A DNA stretch of 64,000 nt from Octopus sinensis (taxonomy: Eukaryota): the NCBI RefSeq assembly GCF_006345805.1, contig NC_042998.1, forward strand, positions 67,704,001-67,768,000, given 5' to 3'. Of this stretch, positions 1 through 13,597 are shown one piece after another. Numbering within the stretch: position 1 is the first letter of the stretch; each line of letters begins with the position of its first letter. The notes below the pieces were generated by a model, which was not told the DNA's origin, made no database searches, and saw nothing but the letters and a program-made list of their open reading frames with translations. A program made the translations under genes and the position numbers.

Positions 1-51
1 ATGAAAGTAAGCATATATATATATATATATATTGCACATATAGTATATCTT

Positions 52-84
<33 letters not shown>

Positions 85-1536
85 ATACTTGTATAAAAGA
101 TTACATATACATTATATGTATATATAAAAGCATATATACATATATTCACATACATATTCGCATATAACTATAGGGGAATATTTATATGCATTTCTACGCT
201 TCTAATTCATTTGTTTTTTTTATATATAATTGCCTCTATTTTTACAGTTTATGTGAATTTATGATTTTGATATCTATACAATTTTTGTATATATATATGT
301 ATTTTCAAATGTACTTTTATAACTTTATATTGCTATGTTCTTATATATAATCTACTTCACTTTGTACATTCTTAATTCGTAAAGATATATATGTATATAA
401 TGGTTGTATATCTGTATATCATATTTATGAGTATATGAGTACATGCGTACATAGGTTCGTATTCATAATGTCTGCATATCTATGTTTATATGCCTATACA
501 AGCATGTACTTTTGTCTGTGTATGCTTATGTCTCTTTATATATACATATATATATATATACATAGATATTTGCATATTTATATGTGTATACATATAGATA
601 GATATCCATGTCATAGAGTGAGCATATATATATATATATATATATTTACATACGCACACTCACACAAACACACGTATAAAGGTATTATATGCATTTTCGT
701 ATGCATATATTCGTGTATGTCTTAATATTTTCGCCTGTGTGCATACGTTTGTGCACAATTCCGCATATACGGCTAGCAGGTCATTATTACTAGGACTAGA
801 TACACTTGTGGTTGTGTTTGTTTATTCTTCTTACGACACATGATATCGTACATCATGTTTATGTGACCAAACTTTGGAGAAAACGATCGCTAACTGCCAG
901 AGATCGCCATCTTGTACCATGTGATATATGTATTTCTCAACCGATTTCTGCTCCAGATACCATTACTTTGTAGGAGCCTGAAGGTTCCTTGCCTTTGTAA
1001 AATTATTTTCCTTTTATTCTTTTGTATCTATATATCTCTTACTGCATTTCCTGCAATATGCGCCGACATAAATATCGCAGATGATAGCAGCATCTTTTTA
1101 AGCATAGATAACTAAAATATTGACATCGAATCGCCAGAATATTTATAGAGTAGGGTAAAACACCTTTCTTTCACTTTACTCTATATGTTCCTATTTTTCC
1201 GGTCCTGTGTTCAAATCGATGATGTCCTTCGTTTCTTTTCTGGCCTTTAAAATGTTAATTCGACCTGCTTATTTGAACCCTGATTTCTTCGCTGGTACAT
1301 TAAATCCAACGCCCGATTTAATAGCAACACTTTGTCCTCATTGACCCCATCAGACTTTTAACAATTCTCTCTTTCAGGCTTACAAAAACAAAATGGCAAC
1401 TTGCGCTGTCTCTGTGCATGTCGAGTACACGTTATAAAAGAAATGAGAATATATTAAATCATCCAAGAAGTTTGATTTTATATTTTTCTAGTTTTTATTT
1501 TGGTGCCTGTTGTTCGCCAGTGAACTATAGCTTTCA

Positions 1537-1578
<42 letters not shown>

Positions 1579-2162
1579 CACTGTATTGTATTTGTTTGTT
1601 TTAACCAGAACTAATTTGTAATCGACATTAAACCACACTTCTACTGAGACACTATCAAAAGGTGCGTTCACTCCTTGACAGGAATGTCCCATAATATGCG
1701 GAAAAATTTAGTACTCTATCATACACTATGTACCTTCGATTTTTGACGCAGTCCATTTATTTGAAGCAGAGATTCACATAGAGAATTCATGGGAAGTGGG
1801 CTGATAAAATGCGATGATTTATAAAAATAAATATATTTCTCATTTTTCATCTGGAGATGGGCAAATTTTCAAAATCTAATCAAACCACCATAATGAAAAT
1901 AGATGAATTAAATGGGCGCAATTTTTAATGTACCTCATTATTCATAAGGATGAGTGCTGCCAGAAAATCATTTTTATATTTACTTATAGTTGTATTGCTT
2001 GGTATTTTACACCACGAGAAGCACACATCAACAAATGAGTTGTCTTTCAATTTACTGCTGAGGTAAAGAACTTATCATTAAACGCTATTTATATCAAATA
2101 CAAGTTAGTAGATATTAAAACACTAATTTATATATTCTGCAAATTATATTAGAATGTATATT

Positions 2163-2196
<34 letters not shown>

Positions 2197-2329
2197 TATG
2201 TATATATTATGTATGTGTGTGTGTGTGTGTGCGTGTGTGTGTATTTATATAATATAATGTTATATAATGTATATATATATGTACACACACACACATATAT
2301 TATACATGTAATATATATATATATATGCG

Positions 2330-2371
<42 letters not shown>

Positions 2372-2403
2372 TATATGCTCAGTCTATGACATGGATATCC
2401 ATC

Positions 2404-2441
<38 letters not shown>

Positions 2442-2532
2442 TATATATCATACATGTGTATTCTTGTATATGTATATGAATATAGGAGTATATGAATGCA
2501 CACATACACACACTGCGAACAGCGTGTGTGTG

Positions 2533-2612
2533 TGTTGAACAGCGTAGGCTCGAAAAGTAAGATATTTTATCACCTTCCCGTGTGTCAAAGTAATACACCT
2601 GCTTGTTGTTTG
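2533..2612 (+). mobile_element. Degenerate copy of CUGUUGA-type hammerhead mini-element
   Basis: TGTTGAAcAGCGTAGGCTCGAAAaGT...CTTCCCG...AAAgTAATACAcCTGcTTGTTGTTT aligns by eye to the copies at 34080 and 50235. Confidence 0.6.
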
Positions 2613-3018
2613 GGATCGCTTGGAACACTGAATAAGTTTAAAATTTAGATGCTTAACCAGACCGGTGCATTGAGGATTATCATGCATTAAGTTTCAGGTT
2701 AACCGTCTAAATACACTTGGATTAACCAATACATAATTCCAAGTAGCCATAATAGTGAAACGTACGTAGGAAGAAATTACATAAACTTGTGTTTATTGCA
2801 ATTTCTACATTTGTTGGGTATTTCATAAGTAGTAATACTTGCTAATAATAATTGTTGAATAGTACTATAATGGCAGCAGACTGGACTATAATCATCTACC
2901 TATGTAGCTCTAAATCTAACAGTAGCAGTCGTACCTCTACTCCAAACACACAATACCTACACACACACCCATTTATCTATCTATCTATCTATCTCTCTCT
3001 ATATATATATAATATATA

Positions 3019-3170
3019 TTTCTGTGGAGAGTGTAGTCTCGAAACCTTAAAAACCTTTTCACTTCCCTGGTGTTAAACTTCCCTGGTATTAAACTAATAC
3101 ATCTATTTGTTGTCTACACCACCTGTCTTCCTGTCTTCGACTTTTGTTTTTTGTGATTTCTCCCCATATA
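3019..3170 (+). mobile_element. Degenerate CUGUUGA-family hammerhead mini-element
   Basis: TTTCTGTGGA GAGT GTAG TCTC GAAACCTT AAAA followed by the shared CACTTCCC..GTTAAACTAATACATCT.TTTGTTGT.TACAC tail. Confidence 0.65.
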
Positions 3171-3231
3171 TATGTATGTTGGCGATTTTTTTCCCTCCGT
3201 CTTCCCTTCTCTGGATCTTTCCTTTTCCTAT

Positions 3232-3266
3232 GTTTCTGACGAAGAGCTCTGCTCGAAACGTTAAAC
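3232..3266 (+). ncRNA. Minimal type I hammerhead ribozyme motif (canonical core)
   Basis: GTTT CTGACGA A GAGC tct GCTC GAA ACGT T AAAC: stem I GTTT/AAAC, stem II GAGC/GCTC, palindromic stem III ACGT, predicted GUU site. Confidence 0.8.
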
Positions 3267-3587
3267 CCTCCTTCTTCCCTTCCTTCCTCAGCGTCCAAGC
3301 ATCTATATTTGTTCCACGTCCTCGCGTTGTTGTGTTTTCATGTTTGGATTAACTTTATATATATATATATATATAATTTACACACACGTATATATATATA
3401 TATACGCACACATGTATATATATATATAATTTTATAGCTATTCAACGCTATATGACCTGTTGTTTAACCGCCTATGTTATTACTGTTACTATCATCATTT
3501 AAAAATATTTACCGTAGATGATATTAAAAGTAGTGACATCTTATTTCGAGCGTAAATGCTTGTATGGTTTTGTTTAAATATATAAAT

Positions 3588-3883
3588 TGGCACTCCGTCG
3601 GTTACGACGATTACGGTTCCAGTTGATCAGATCAAAGAACAGCCTGCTCGTAAAATTTAGTTGCAAGAGGAGGAGCACTCCACAGACACACGCGCTCTTA
3701 ACGTAGTTCTCAGGGATATTCGACGTGACAGAGTACTAAATACAGGTACTATTCATTTTTGCCAGACTTTGGCAAAGGAAGATAAAGTGTCTCGCTCAAG
3801 AGAACAACGCGTCGACGGAAATTGAACTCACGATCTTACGATCGTGAGCCCAATGCCCTAACCACTAAGCCAGGCGCGTTCAC
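3588..3883 (-). mobile_element. tRNA-derived SINE (local family C-like)
   Basis: Minus strand has A-box TGGCTTAGTGG and B-box-like GAGTTCAATTTC; its 3' tail (..TCGTCGTAACCGACGGAGTGCCA) is shared with 43923-44303 and 60259-60637. Confidence 0.8.
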
Positions 3884-4299
3884 TATGTATACAAATGTGT
3901 ATGTGAATATATTAATATATGTATTAATGAATATAGCAATATATTAAGAAAAATTGGCATTAAAAAAATAAAAGCAAGTCACACATTCAGGTTTATCTAT
4001 AACACAGCAAGATATATGAATATTCGATAGATACTATATGTGGATAATGGAAAGAATAACGTGAGTTTGAGATAAAAGATAAGTGAGCTCCCAAAATGTA
4101 AAACAAATAATAATATAAAATAATATAAATAAGAGACATATATAGGAAAAATACATTTTGAATGAGATTTGAAGAGGAACTAAATAATGAGTTACAGTCT
4201 CAGACATGCAAGAGAGCAAAATAGAAAGATAGCTAAACTAGTGTTTGAAGTCTGCTGGTGTAGTTTAAACAGCAAGGTAAGCTGCTAGATATAGTTAAG

Positions 4300-4885
4300 T
4301 GCTAAGAAACTCTCAAGAGACCTGAACAGCAGAAGGTCTGCAGAGAAGAAACTGCCCCAAGGAAAGTGTTCCGTCTCTTAACTTTGTACACTCGAACTGG
4401 ACTAGGCCGCATTCAGGTTTTGACTCTTGGGTGCCCTTCTGCTGACACTCCTTAACCACTGGGATATCGGAGACTTGAGTATTTAAACTGCTTTGAGATT
4501 TCATCTAGTCATAACTCCTCTCCGTTGACTCATCATTCAAACCTATATTTAAGCAAGAAATATCATTGGTTGTTATTGTAGTGGTGTGGGAAAATATCAA
4601 CAAACCAAGCACCCAACACTTTTTATATCCGCTATTACTAGCGATAAGAAACTTTTAAAAGAGCTGAACAGTAGAAGGTCTTCAAACAAAGAACCGCGAT
4701 CAGGCAAGTGTTTCAGCTCTTAACTTCATACACTCGAAGTGGGGTTAGGTTTCCTGAGTACCGTTCTTCAAATAATTTTTAGCCACTTGGATATCGGAAA
4801 CTTGTGCATTTAAACCGCTTGGAGATCTCAAGCTGTAACTCCTTTGCATTGACTCAGCTTTCAAATTTATGTTTAAGAAGAAATA
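4300..4885. repeat. Old direct duplication of a ~250-bp non-microsatellite unit (4300-4560 and 4640-4885)
   Basis: Collinear shared blocks such as CTGAACAG.AGAAGGTCT, CTCTTAACTT..TACACTCGAA, GGATATCGGA.ACTTG, ATTTAAAC.GCTT.GAGAT, TTGACTCA. Confidence 0.8.
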
Positions 4886-5188
4886 AAGTGTATTGTCATT
4901 GCAGCAGCATGTGGAAGAGTAGAACAATCGTGGTTAAATGGTATACTAATGAAATATAAGTATATATTGACTTGATAATTAATTTTAATAGAGCTCAAGA
5001 AATGATTAGCAACGCGTTAATAATTCCAGATGCAAAATAGTCTATGTAGCCTACTTTTAGAAAGTTAGGATAGACACACAAGAAATATATGTATATCATT
5101 TAGAGAAGATGATTCAGGGAGTGTATGTGTTTGTGCGCATGCGTGTGTGCGTGTATGCGTGTGGTTGTGTGTGTGTGTGTTTATACAT

Positions 5189-5224
<36 letters not shown>

Positions 5225-5856
5225 TGACGCACACATATATATCAAAATGTAATAATATGCATATATGATTTGGCATGTGTTTTGTGTGTGTGTGTGTGTA
5301 TGTGTTTTTGTTTGTACGCGCATTGGTCTGAGAGTGAGTAAAAGGGAGACAGACTGGTCCCATTCCTTGAAGTTCAATCTCTAGAGAGATTACACGTCAA
5401 GGAATGGGACGAAGTTTTTAATGCTGTCTTGCAACGTGAGATCAATAAGAGACGAAGAATATTTACGAAGCGAACAGCAGAGATGGCTATGATGGTGATG
5501 AAGGCGATAATAATGATAATGCTGATCGTGCTGGTGATGATGGTGAAAAAGATGTTGGTGAGAATGCTGATTGTGATCATGGGAATGCCCACGACATCTA
5601 CGATGGCAAAGACGCTGGAAAATACTAACGCTCAAAGATGACGATATCTCTTTATTGTCTTGGTATCTACAACGTTGATGGTGATGATGATGATGATGGT
5701 GGCAATTATTATGAAAACCATATGTAAATGCTTGAACGACAGAATGCTTGTATACGTATAGAATGTACGTGAGTGTATTTAGCACAATTTGTAGCTCGTT
5801 TGTCGTGTGATTCTATGATGCTCATACGTCTATCTACATACTTCGTAATGAGTTAC

Positions 5857-6090
5857 AGTACTTTTGAATCTCCTGCGACTGAAGAGTCCTTGTTGACACT
5901 GATGCATGTTACTAATGTCTTATACTAGTGTTTGTGTATTTTTGTACATGTGTGTGTGTGTGTGTGTTGTGTGTGCGTGTTTGTGTGTGTGTGCGTTATA
6001 GATACACACAGATGTTTTTTTTTATTCTTCGATTATTTTCAGCCCAACAGCTGCGGGTATGCTGAGGGATCTCCATCAGATTTGTTACAC
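5857..6090 (+). repeat. Left arm of a near-identical ~230-bp inverted repeat (partner 14039-14262)
   Basis: Reverse complement of 14039-14262 matches with about 4 substitutions plus microsatellite/homopolymer length differences. Confidence 0.95.
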
Positions 6091-6181
6091 ACTTATTACA
6101 TGTGGTGTATATATATATATACTCACACATACATGCACACACACACGAACACACATACACACGCACATACACACACACAAA

Positions 6182-6218
<37 letters not shown>

Positions 6219-6221
<3 letters not shown>

Positions 6222-6540
6222 TGGTGGATGGATGCAATTCGAGAATGTTCAGGATGGCCCTGAAAATTAATCAGTATACGCTGTGGATGAACTCAGGGCT
6301 GTACGAGAGCCTCCCAAATGTTAGCTCGAATATAACACAGAGGAGATTGTCATTAGCTAACATTAGCTGGACATTGTCATTCGGAGTTGATACTGAACTC
6401 AGTGCTCCTGTGGAAGCCCCTACATAGACACACTAGAAGAAGGAGACCGAGTATGACATATGTTGATGTCCTAAGGAGAGACACAAGTCCCTGAGAGACG
6501 CAGTACATGGCAGCGAGGATGAGGGACAAGGAAAGAACTT
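6219..6540 (+). mobile_element. RTE/RTE-X-like LINE, 5'-truncated RT C-terminal remnant
   Basis: VDGCNSRMFRMALKI...NSGLYESLPNVSSNITQRRLSLA and TYVDVLRRDT resemble the RTE-type post-RT region; frameshifted. Confidence 0.7.
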
Positions 6541-6641
6541 ATCAACGGATCCCTATATATATATATATACACACACATATATATATGCACATCTAGTGAG
6601 TAAAAACTTGAAAGACTAAAATAGGTAGAAAAAGAGAGAGA

Positions 6642-6679
<38 letters not shown>

Positions 6680-6899
6680 ATACATATAACAGACTCGCGT
6701 TATCAAAGGGATGTAGGTTCGACTATGACGCGGATACAAAGCCTTTTTTCCGTCGAGGGCTTATATGCCCCTTTATTAGACTATTTTCCTTTGTATATTG
6801 CACGCTGATCGCCATAAGCTTTACGCTTATATAAAAATACCATTATTATTATTTACAGGATTGTAAAAACTGCGCCATATAGAACACCTTTCGCACCGA

Positions 6900-6903
6900 A
6901 AGC

Positions 6904-6962
<59 letters not shown>

Positions 6963-7319
6963 GTGTGTGTGTGTGTGTGTATGTATATATATATATATAT
7001 ACACACATATATACATATATATATACATACATATATATATATACATATATATATATATGTATATATATATATGTATATATATATACATCTGTGACCGTGT
7101 GTGTGTGTGTGTCTACATAGTATATATATATTTGGGTATGTGCATGTCTGTAGGTATACATGGCTAGTGAGAAAGCGATATGGATAGATATATAGATACA
7201 TATATAAAAACAGAAAGAGGAGGGAAGTTAAATTGAAAGATACGCACACATACACACATATTTTTGGTATATATATCTCTGTATGCATGTATGTGTACAT
7301 ATGTATTTATGTATGCATG

Positions 7320-7352
<33 letters not shown>

Positions 7353-7571
7353 GTATATATATGTATATGTATATATATGTATATGTATATGTATATGTAT
7401 GTATATGTATATATATATTTATATGTATGTATATATATATATGTATATGTATATATATGTATATGTATATGTATACGTATATATACATGTAAGTATATAT
7501 GTATGTATATGTATATATATATGTGTGTGTAGGTATAGATATATGTATATATGTAGATATATATGTGTATA

Positions 7572-7602
<31 letters not shown>

Positions 7603-7610
7603 GCGTGTGT
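6900..7610. repeat. Compound (TG)n/(TA)n/(TATG)n microsatellite
   Basis: Direct reading; source of many YI/CV/HT pseudo-ORFs. Confidence 0.95.
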
Positions 7611-7611
7611 G

Positions 7612-7808
7612 TGTTTGTGTGTCCGTTTGACCCGCTAGCATTGCTTGACAGCCGATGCTGGTGTGTTTATGTCCCCGTTAGCTAGCGGATCGGCAAAATA
7701 GACCGATAGAATAAGTACTGGGCTTACAAAGAATAAGTCCCGGGGTCGAGTTGCTCGATTAAAGGCGGTGCTCCAGCATGGCCACAGTCAAGTGACTGAA
7801 ACGATTAA
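7612..7808 (+). mobile_element. SINE family A, 3' half
   Basis: GACCGATAGAATAAGTACT..CTTACAAAGAATAAGTCC..GGCGGTGCTCCAGCATGGCC..TGACTGAAAC matches 23341-23781 (reverse). Confidence 0.9.
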
Positions 7809-7944
7809 AGTGTAAGTGCATATATATATATATATATATAATATGTATAGATACATATATATAGTGTAAATATGTAATGTATAGATGTATATATATATAT
7901 ACATATATACATATATGTACATATATATATGTATATATGCATTA

Positions 7945-8233
7945 CTCTTTTACTTGTTTCAGTCATTTGACTGCAGCCATGCTCGAGCAAATCGACACCG
8001 AAACTTATTACTTTGTAAGCCCAATACTTATTCTATCGGTCTCTTTTGCCGAACCGCTAAGTGATGGGGACGTAAACACACCAGCATCGGTTGTCAAGCA
8101 ATGCTAGAGGGACAAACACAGACACACAAACACACACATACATATACATATATATACATATATTCGACAGGCTTCTTTCAGTTTCCGTCTACCAAATCCA
8201 CTCACAAGGCATTGGTCGGCCCGGGGCTATAGC
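7945..8233 (-). mobile_element. SINE family A, head-truncated
   Basis: Colinear with 23341-23690, including the internal microsatellite and AAATCCACTCACAAGGC block. Confidence 0.9.
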
Positions 8234-8302
8234 ATGTATATATATATATATATAGGTATGTATATATACGTATATATATATATACATACGTATATATATA
8301 CA

Positions 8303-8355
<53 letters not shown>

Positions 8356-9097
8356 ATGACACATATGCAGAAAAATATACACATACATGTATACGCAGGA
8401 AAATAGATACACACCTACATCTATACGCAACATATATATATCATCATTTATCCATGCATCCATCCATCCATCTAACCACACAATTACACTCGCATATACA
8501 TAAATACATAAGTCATACATAGACGCACACTCCCATAGAGATAGTAGTTTTATAGATATTTCCTATCAGTAGTCATTTAAACTTGTAAACAAAACATAAT
8601 TAGTTAAATGCAGCAATGGTACTAAAGACCATCAAAACATCACGTCAGTCTTATTTCGCCCCTTTAACTCAGATTTTTAATTTCTTTTCTCTTTGCCATC
8701 ATTATAAGATTTAGTAGTTTGTTTACGTATACTACAAAATTTATATATGCACATTATATATATCTTTGCCTATTTCTTCTTGGAATTATTTCTTTATTAA
8801 GTTTTGTTTTTGAAATATTTGTTTATTCTTGTGCTTTATATTTATCTTGGTTCTCCTTATAAGTGGATTTTGAAGTGTTGTTTCTTACTGGTTCTTAGTT
8901 TATTGTTTAATGGGTTGTTGTAGTTGTTTTATGTTTATATTCTTCATTTTTTGTTGTGCAGTTTTGTTGAATCTATGGTTTAATCAACAAAAGTCAACAG
9001 TGATGCTTTCCAAGTAGGCATACAGATATACTTACATACAGACTTTGATATGTGCAAGCAATTGCACAAACCTATGTACATGTACGCATATGTGCAT

Positions 9098-9130
<33 letters not shown>

Positions 9131-9355
9131 CGCATGTATATATATATAGACAAATATATATATATAAATGCACATATACGGGATCATATTATACACACAC
9201 ACACACACACACACGCACACACACAAAGAGAAAGAAACAATAAAATTTGATATCGACATACGCACATTTATATGACTATGCATATTGATTTCGCGCTCTC
9301 ACACCCTTTCTCTCTTTCTATTTCTTTCTACTCTCTCTATCTTTCCTTCTTTCTT

Positions 9356-9434
<79 letters not shown>

Positions 9435-9445
9435 ATATATATATA

Positions 9446-9486
<41 letters not shown>

Positions 9487-9631
9487 AGACAGTTAGATAA
9501 ATTGATAGATAGATAGATGGATGGCTTTGTTATTTAAGTACAGATAATATATAGTTTATATTACTAATATGCTTTACTGAACACATATATTTCCGATATA
9601 TAGAAAAACACAGGCTCAAATATACATGTAG

Positions 9632-9676
<45 letters not shown>

Positions 9677-9762
9677 GAAGACACTTGCTCAAGGTGTCAG
9701 CAGTGGGACTGACCCCCAACATGTGGTTGGTAATATGTATATATATTTGTGTGTGTGGTGTG

Positions 9763-10105
9763 TAGGCGTAGGAGTGGCTGTGTGTTAAGTAGCTTGCTTA
9801 CCAACCACATGGTTGGGGGTTCAGTCCCACTGCTTGACCCTTGAGCAAGTGTCTTCTACTATAGCCTCGGGCCGACTAAAGCCCTGTGAGTGGATTTGGT
9901 AGACAGAAATTGAAAGAAGCCCGTCGTGTATATATGTATATATATATGTATCTGTATATGTTTGTGTATCTGTGTTTGTCCTCCGTAACTTAGCGGTTCG
10001 GAAAAAGAGACCGGTAGAATAAGTACTAGGCTTACAAAGAATGTCCTGGGGTCGATTTGCTCGACTAAAGGCGGTGTTCCAGCATGGATATAGTCAAAAT
10101 GACTG
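9763..10105 (+). mobile_element. SINE family A, near full length (tRNA head, internal microsatellite, CR1-like tail)
   Basis: AGGCGTAGGAGTGGCTGTGTG (A box), GGTTCAGTCCC (B-box-like), TGTGAGTGGATTTGGTAGAC central block, shared tail. Confidence 0.9.
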
Positions 10106-10138
10106 ATACGTACATATGTATATATATGAATATATATA

Positions 10139-10199
<61 letters not shown>

Positions 10200-11686
10200 T
10201 GTGTGTGTGTGTTTGTGTGTGTATGTATGTAGATAGATAAATTAAGGTAAAAAAATGTGTATAGGCGTACACACGAAGTCAATCGTACATCTATACGTAA
10301 GTATATATATAAATATATGTACATGCGCATCAGTTTGTGCCTATGTGTGTGTTTGCTTTATACAATAAGTGTGTGAGGGAGACAAAGTGAGAGGGTCAGA
10401 CAAGAAATCTCTTCCGGTTTCAATCTGCACATTAAACACGTTATGTCTATTTATTTATGTTTCTTGAGAAGTTATACTGGAGAAGTTCATTCGCTGAATC
10501 TTTACTTTTAATTTCACTTGACTTCTGAAGAAAGCTACATATCTAAATCACTCAAAAAAAAAAAAAATAATAATAATAATAATAATAATAATATTTTATA
10601 TTTTATTTTTATTCTTTTGTCGCTATTTTTTATTTCATTTATGCATTTCTTTATTTATTTTCTTTTTACTGCAATAAAATTCTTGGCATATTCCAGTAAA
10701 CATGTCGAGCAAATGTGGAAGTAGAAAGTTTTATGAAACTGCCATAAAGACGATATTTCCACTATCCTTTGACAAGTACGAGTAATGGTTCATGTTAACA
10801 GAAGTGATGGCTAAAACCGAAATCAATACTATAAAAAGAAAAAAAGAACAACAACAATAACAACTTCAGCCAATATTACCACCCATGAGTTGTTAGGTTG
10901 TTGTTCGCCATTAGACTCCTTGTTACTCGTCTTTATCCGTATTATGTATAGTTTGTCTTTTACATTTTAGTAATGCTGTACTCAGTATTTCAAAGATATT
11001 GTTTTTACTCGTTACACTTGATATTGCTGCGGTGTTTTCATATGATATTATTGTTTTCTATGTTGTTATTTTTGTATTTGTCATTCACTATTTTTTCGCC
11101 GAGAAGGCAGTTTCTTTAAAGCGAGCATTTTCTAATGTCTGCTAGTTTTTTTTTCTTTTTCTCTCTTTTCTTTTCGGCGATATTTTTTTTCTTCTTGCTG
11201 TTCTTGATACTACTAGCTCTATTCTTGCTGTTGTTCTTGCTGTTGTCGTTATTTAACCCCCAGGCCATCTTCATCAAAGAGATTTATGATCAAAAAATAC
11301 CGACTCTGATTATCTTGTTTTTTTTTCTGGGTATATAGGAATACCATTATCTAACGTGTCTTGCAATTATATAAGATATTAGATTATATATTAAGGCTTA
11401 TTTTTCTTTTTTGCAGATCAGCATCCATATAGAATCTCCAGCGTTGGATCGCTGTAGTCATTCTAGACCTAAATTATAGATCATTCTTTCGTGATATAAT
11501 GAATATTATCCCTTGTTGAGGCTGTAGATATTCTTCTAGTCATCGCTAATATATTTGTTGTTGTTGTTGTTGTTGTTGTTATCACAAATATAACCACTAA
11601 CAAAAACCATATCTTAGAAGTAAGGATAGTGAAAAATTACTGAATTACTGCACAATACAGATTATTTTAAATACTGAATGAACACC

Positions 11687-11731
<45 letters not shown>

Positions 11732-12129
11732 GTGCATACATATGTATGTATATATATATATGTCTATATAATATATATATATATATATATAAATTATATA
11801 TATATAGAGAGAGAGAGAGAGAGGAGAGAGATTAATTACAGAATTTCTTAGGATCTAGGCGCAGCGACACGTAAGACGCCACACGTGGCTAGGTATCATA
11901 ACATGGGGTTTCAAAGTTAGGTAAAACGACCATGAGTTATCATATGCTGGTAATTATGAAGATGTGTAAGTAGAGATTCAACATAAACCGTAGAGTTGGT
12001 TCAAGGTGCAGCGTAGGTATAAAAATAAAAGGCAGAAATGGGATTAAAACTTACTACACGGTAGCATAAATCCAACATCTGCAGGTCTGATTTTAAACAG
12101 ATAAAACAAGCAAGTTAAAACCATGTGTG

Positions 12130-12179
12130 TCTGTGTATATATATATATGTGTGTGTGCGTGTGTGCGCGCGCGCGCTTG

Positions 12180-12229
<50 letters not shown>

Positions 12230-12465
12230 TGTATAATATATATGTATGTTATATTATTATGTATGTAATATATATATATATGTATGTATGTATGTATATA
12301 TATATGTATATATCTATATGTATATATTACATGTATATATATGTATGCATATATATATATATATATGTATGCATTATATATATATATGTATGTATATTAT
12401 AATATATATATATTATATATATATATATATATATATCATATATATATATATATATGTATATATAT
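12130..12465. repeat. Compound (TA)n/(TATG)n microsatellite
   Basis: Direct reading. Confidence 0.95.
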
Positions 12466-12740
12466 AAAATACCTTTTGTTTCTTAATGAGGTTATTAATT
12501 TATTTCATTGCGTTTGTTTTATACTTTTTACACTTATAGCTGTATTCTCCATATAAATAGATTCAATAAAACTTTTGAATTCAAAGATTCTTTGATTTTA
12601 TTCCTTTCAAATCAAGGGATAACGTCAGTTTAAGTAAATATATTCTGGGGTAGTTGGTCAAAAAAGTTCCCCGACCCCTGATTTAGAGATTGCATGAATG
12701 TGGAGTAGCGAGGTATGCAGGCTGATATAATGTAAAAGAA

Positions 12741-12773
<33 letters not shown>

Positions 12774-12979
12774 TGTGTTTGTGAGTGTATGAATGCATGT
12801 GTGTGTCTGTGTTTAAATATGTATATACAAAAGCACACTTGTACATATATTCATATGTATGCATATGCACATACGTATGCATTGGCGCAAAAGTAAGAGG
12901 AGGAATTAGGGTAGACATTCCAAAGGCAGAGTAAATCTTTTTTTAGGAGGGCAAAAAAATGTCATTACTATTTCATATG

Positions 12980-13276
12980 ATGGACCCTTCCGTCGTTAGA
13001 CGATGTATGAGGGATTGACAATTCCTTACCGAACAGCCACACAGAAGATTTGTTTATAGCGATCAAATGTAGACATAAAGTCACATCCTCCCTCAGATCG
13101 GCATTACCTACACAGGTGCAACGAGAGCCACATGTCAGCTGACGAAATGATTGCAGAACGACGTGAAATGATGTGCTTTGCTCCAGAATAGTAGCACAAC
13201 GCACCGGTCTTGGAATCAATCCCACGATTTCGTAATCCTGAGTGCAACACGCTAACGACTAAGCCATGCGCCTTCA
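12980..13276 (-). mobile_element. tRNA-derived SINE, old copy
   Basis: Minus strand TGAAGGCGCATGGCTTAGTCGTTAG (A box) ... GGGATTGATTCC (degenerate B box). Confidence 0.7.
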
Positions 13277-13552
13277 ACATTCGGATGAAAAATTTACTAA
13301 GATATTATAATGTAGTGTTCTGTATGTTGAACACCTATGTGGTCTTATGCTTCCGAGGAGAGCTGTGTATTTCAAATTGATTTAATGCTTGCATTGATCG
13401 ATTAAATGGAGCCGCTTGAAACGGCCGTAATGCGCTTATACCTGGACATCGTTGTTACTTATTTGCTATCTCTCTCTCTCTCTGTCTCCCTATATATATA
13501 TATATAGAATAGAAAATATTTTTGTGGGGGAACACGTGGTTGGATTATATTA

Positions 13553-13597
<45 letters not shown>

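Noticed and set aside
912-1115. INIADDSSIFLS resembling an RT (Y/F)ADD motif
   Set aside because: No flanking RT motifs (QG, KAFD) recognisable; too weak to call.
5374-5785. His-, Met- or Asp-rich ORFs on both strands
   Set aside because: Degenerate (GAT)n trinucleotide tract; low complexity keeps frames open.
5879-5910. CTGAAGA GTC..GAC in the inverted-repeat arm as a hammerhead core
   Set aside because: No GAAA, stem III or stem I partner.
6750-6785. Minus-strand CTAATAA AGGGGC atataa GCCCT CGACG as a decayed hammerhead
   Set aside because: Needs at least four changes to reach consensus; could be chance.
10850-11580. Purine-skewed block between (AAC)n tracts, possibly a LINE remnant
   Set aside because: No interpretable protein motif in any frame; class unresolved.
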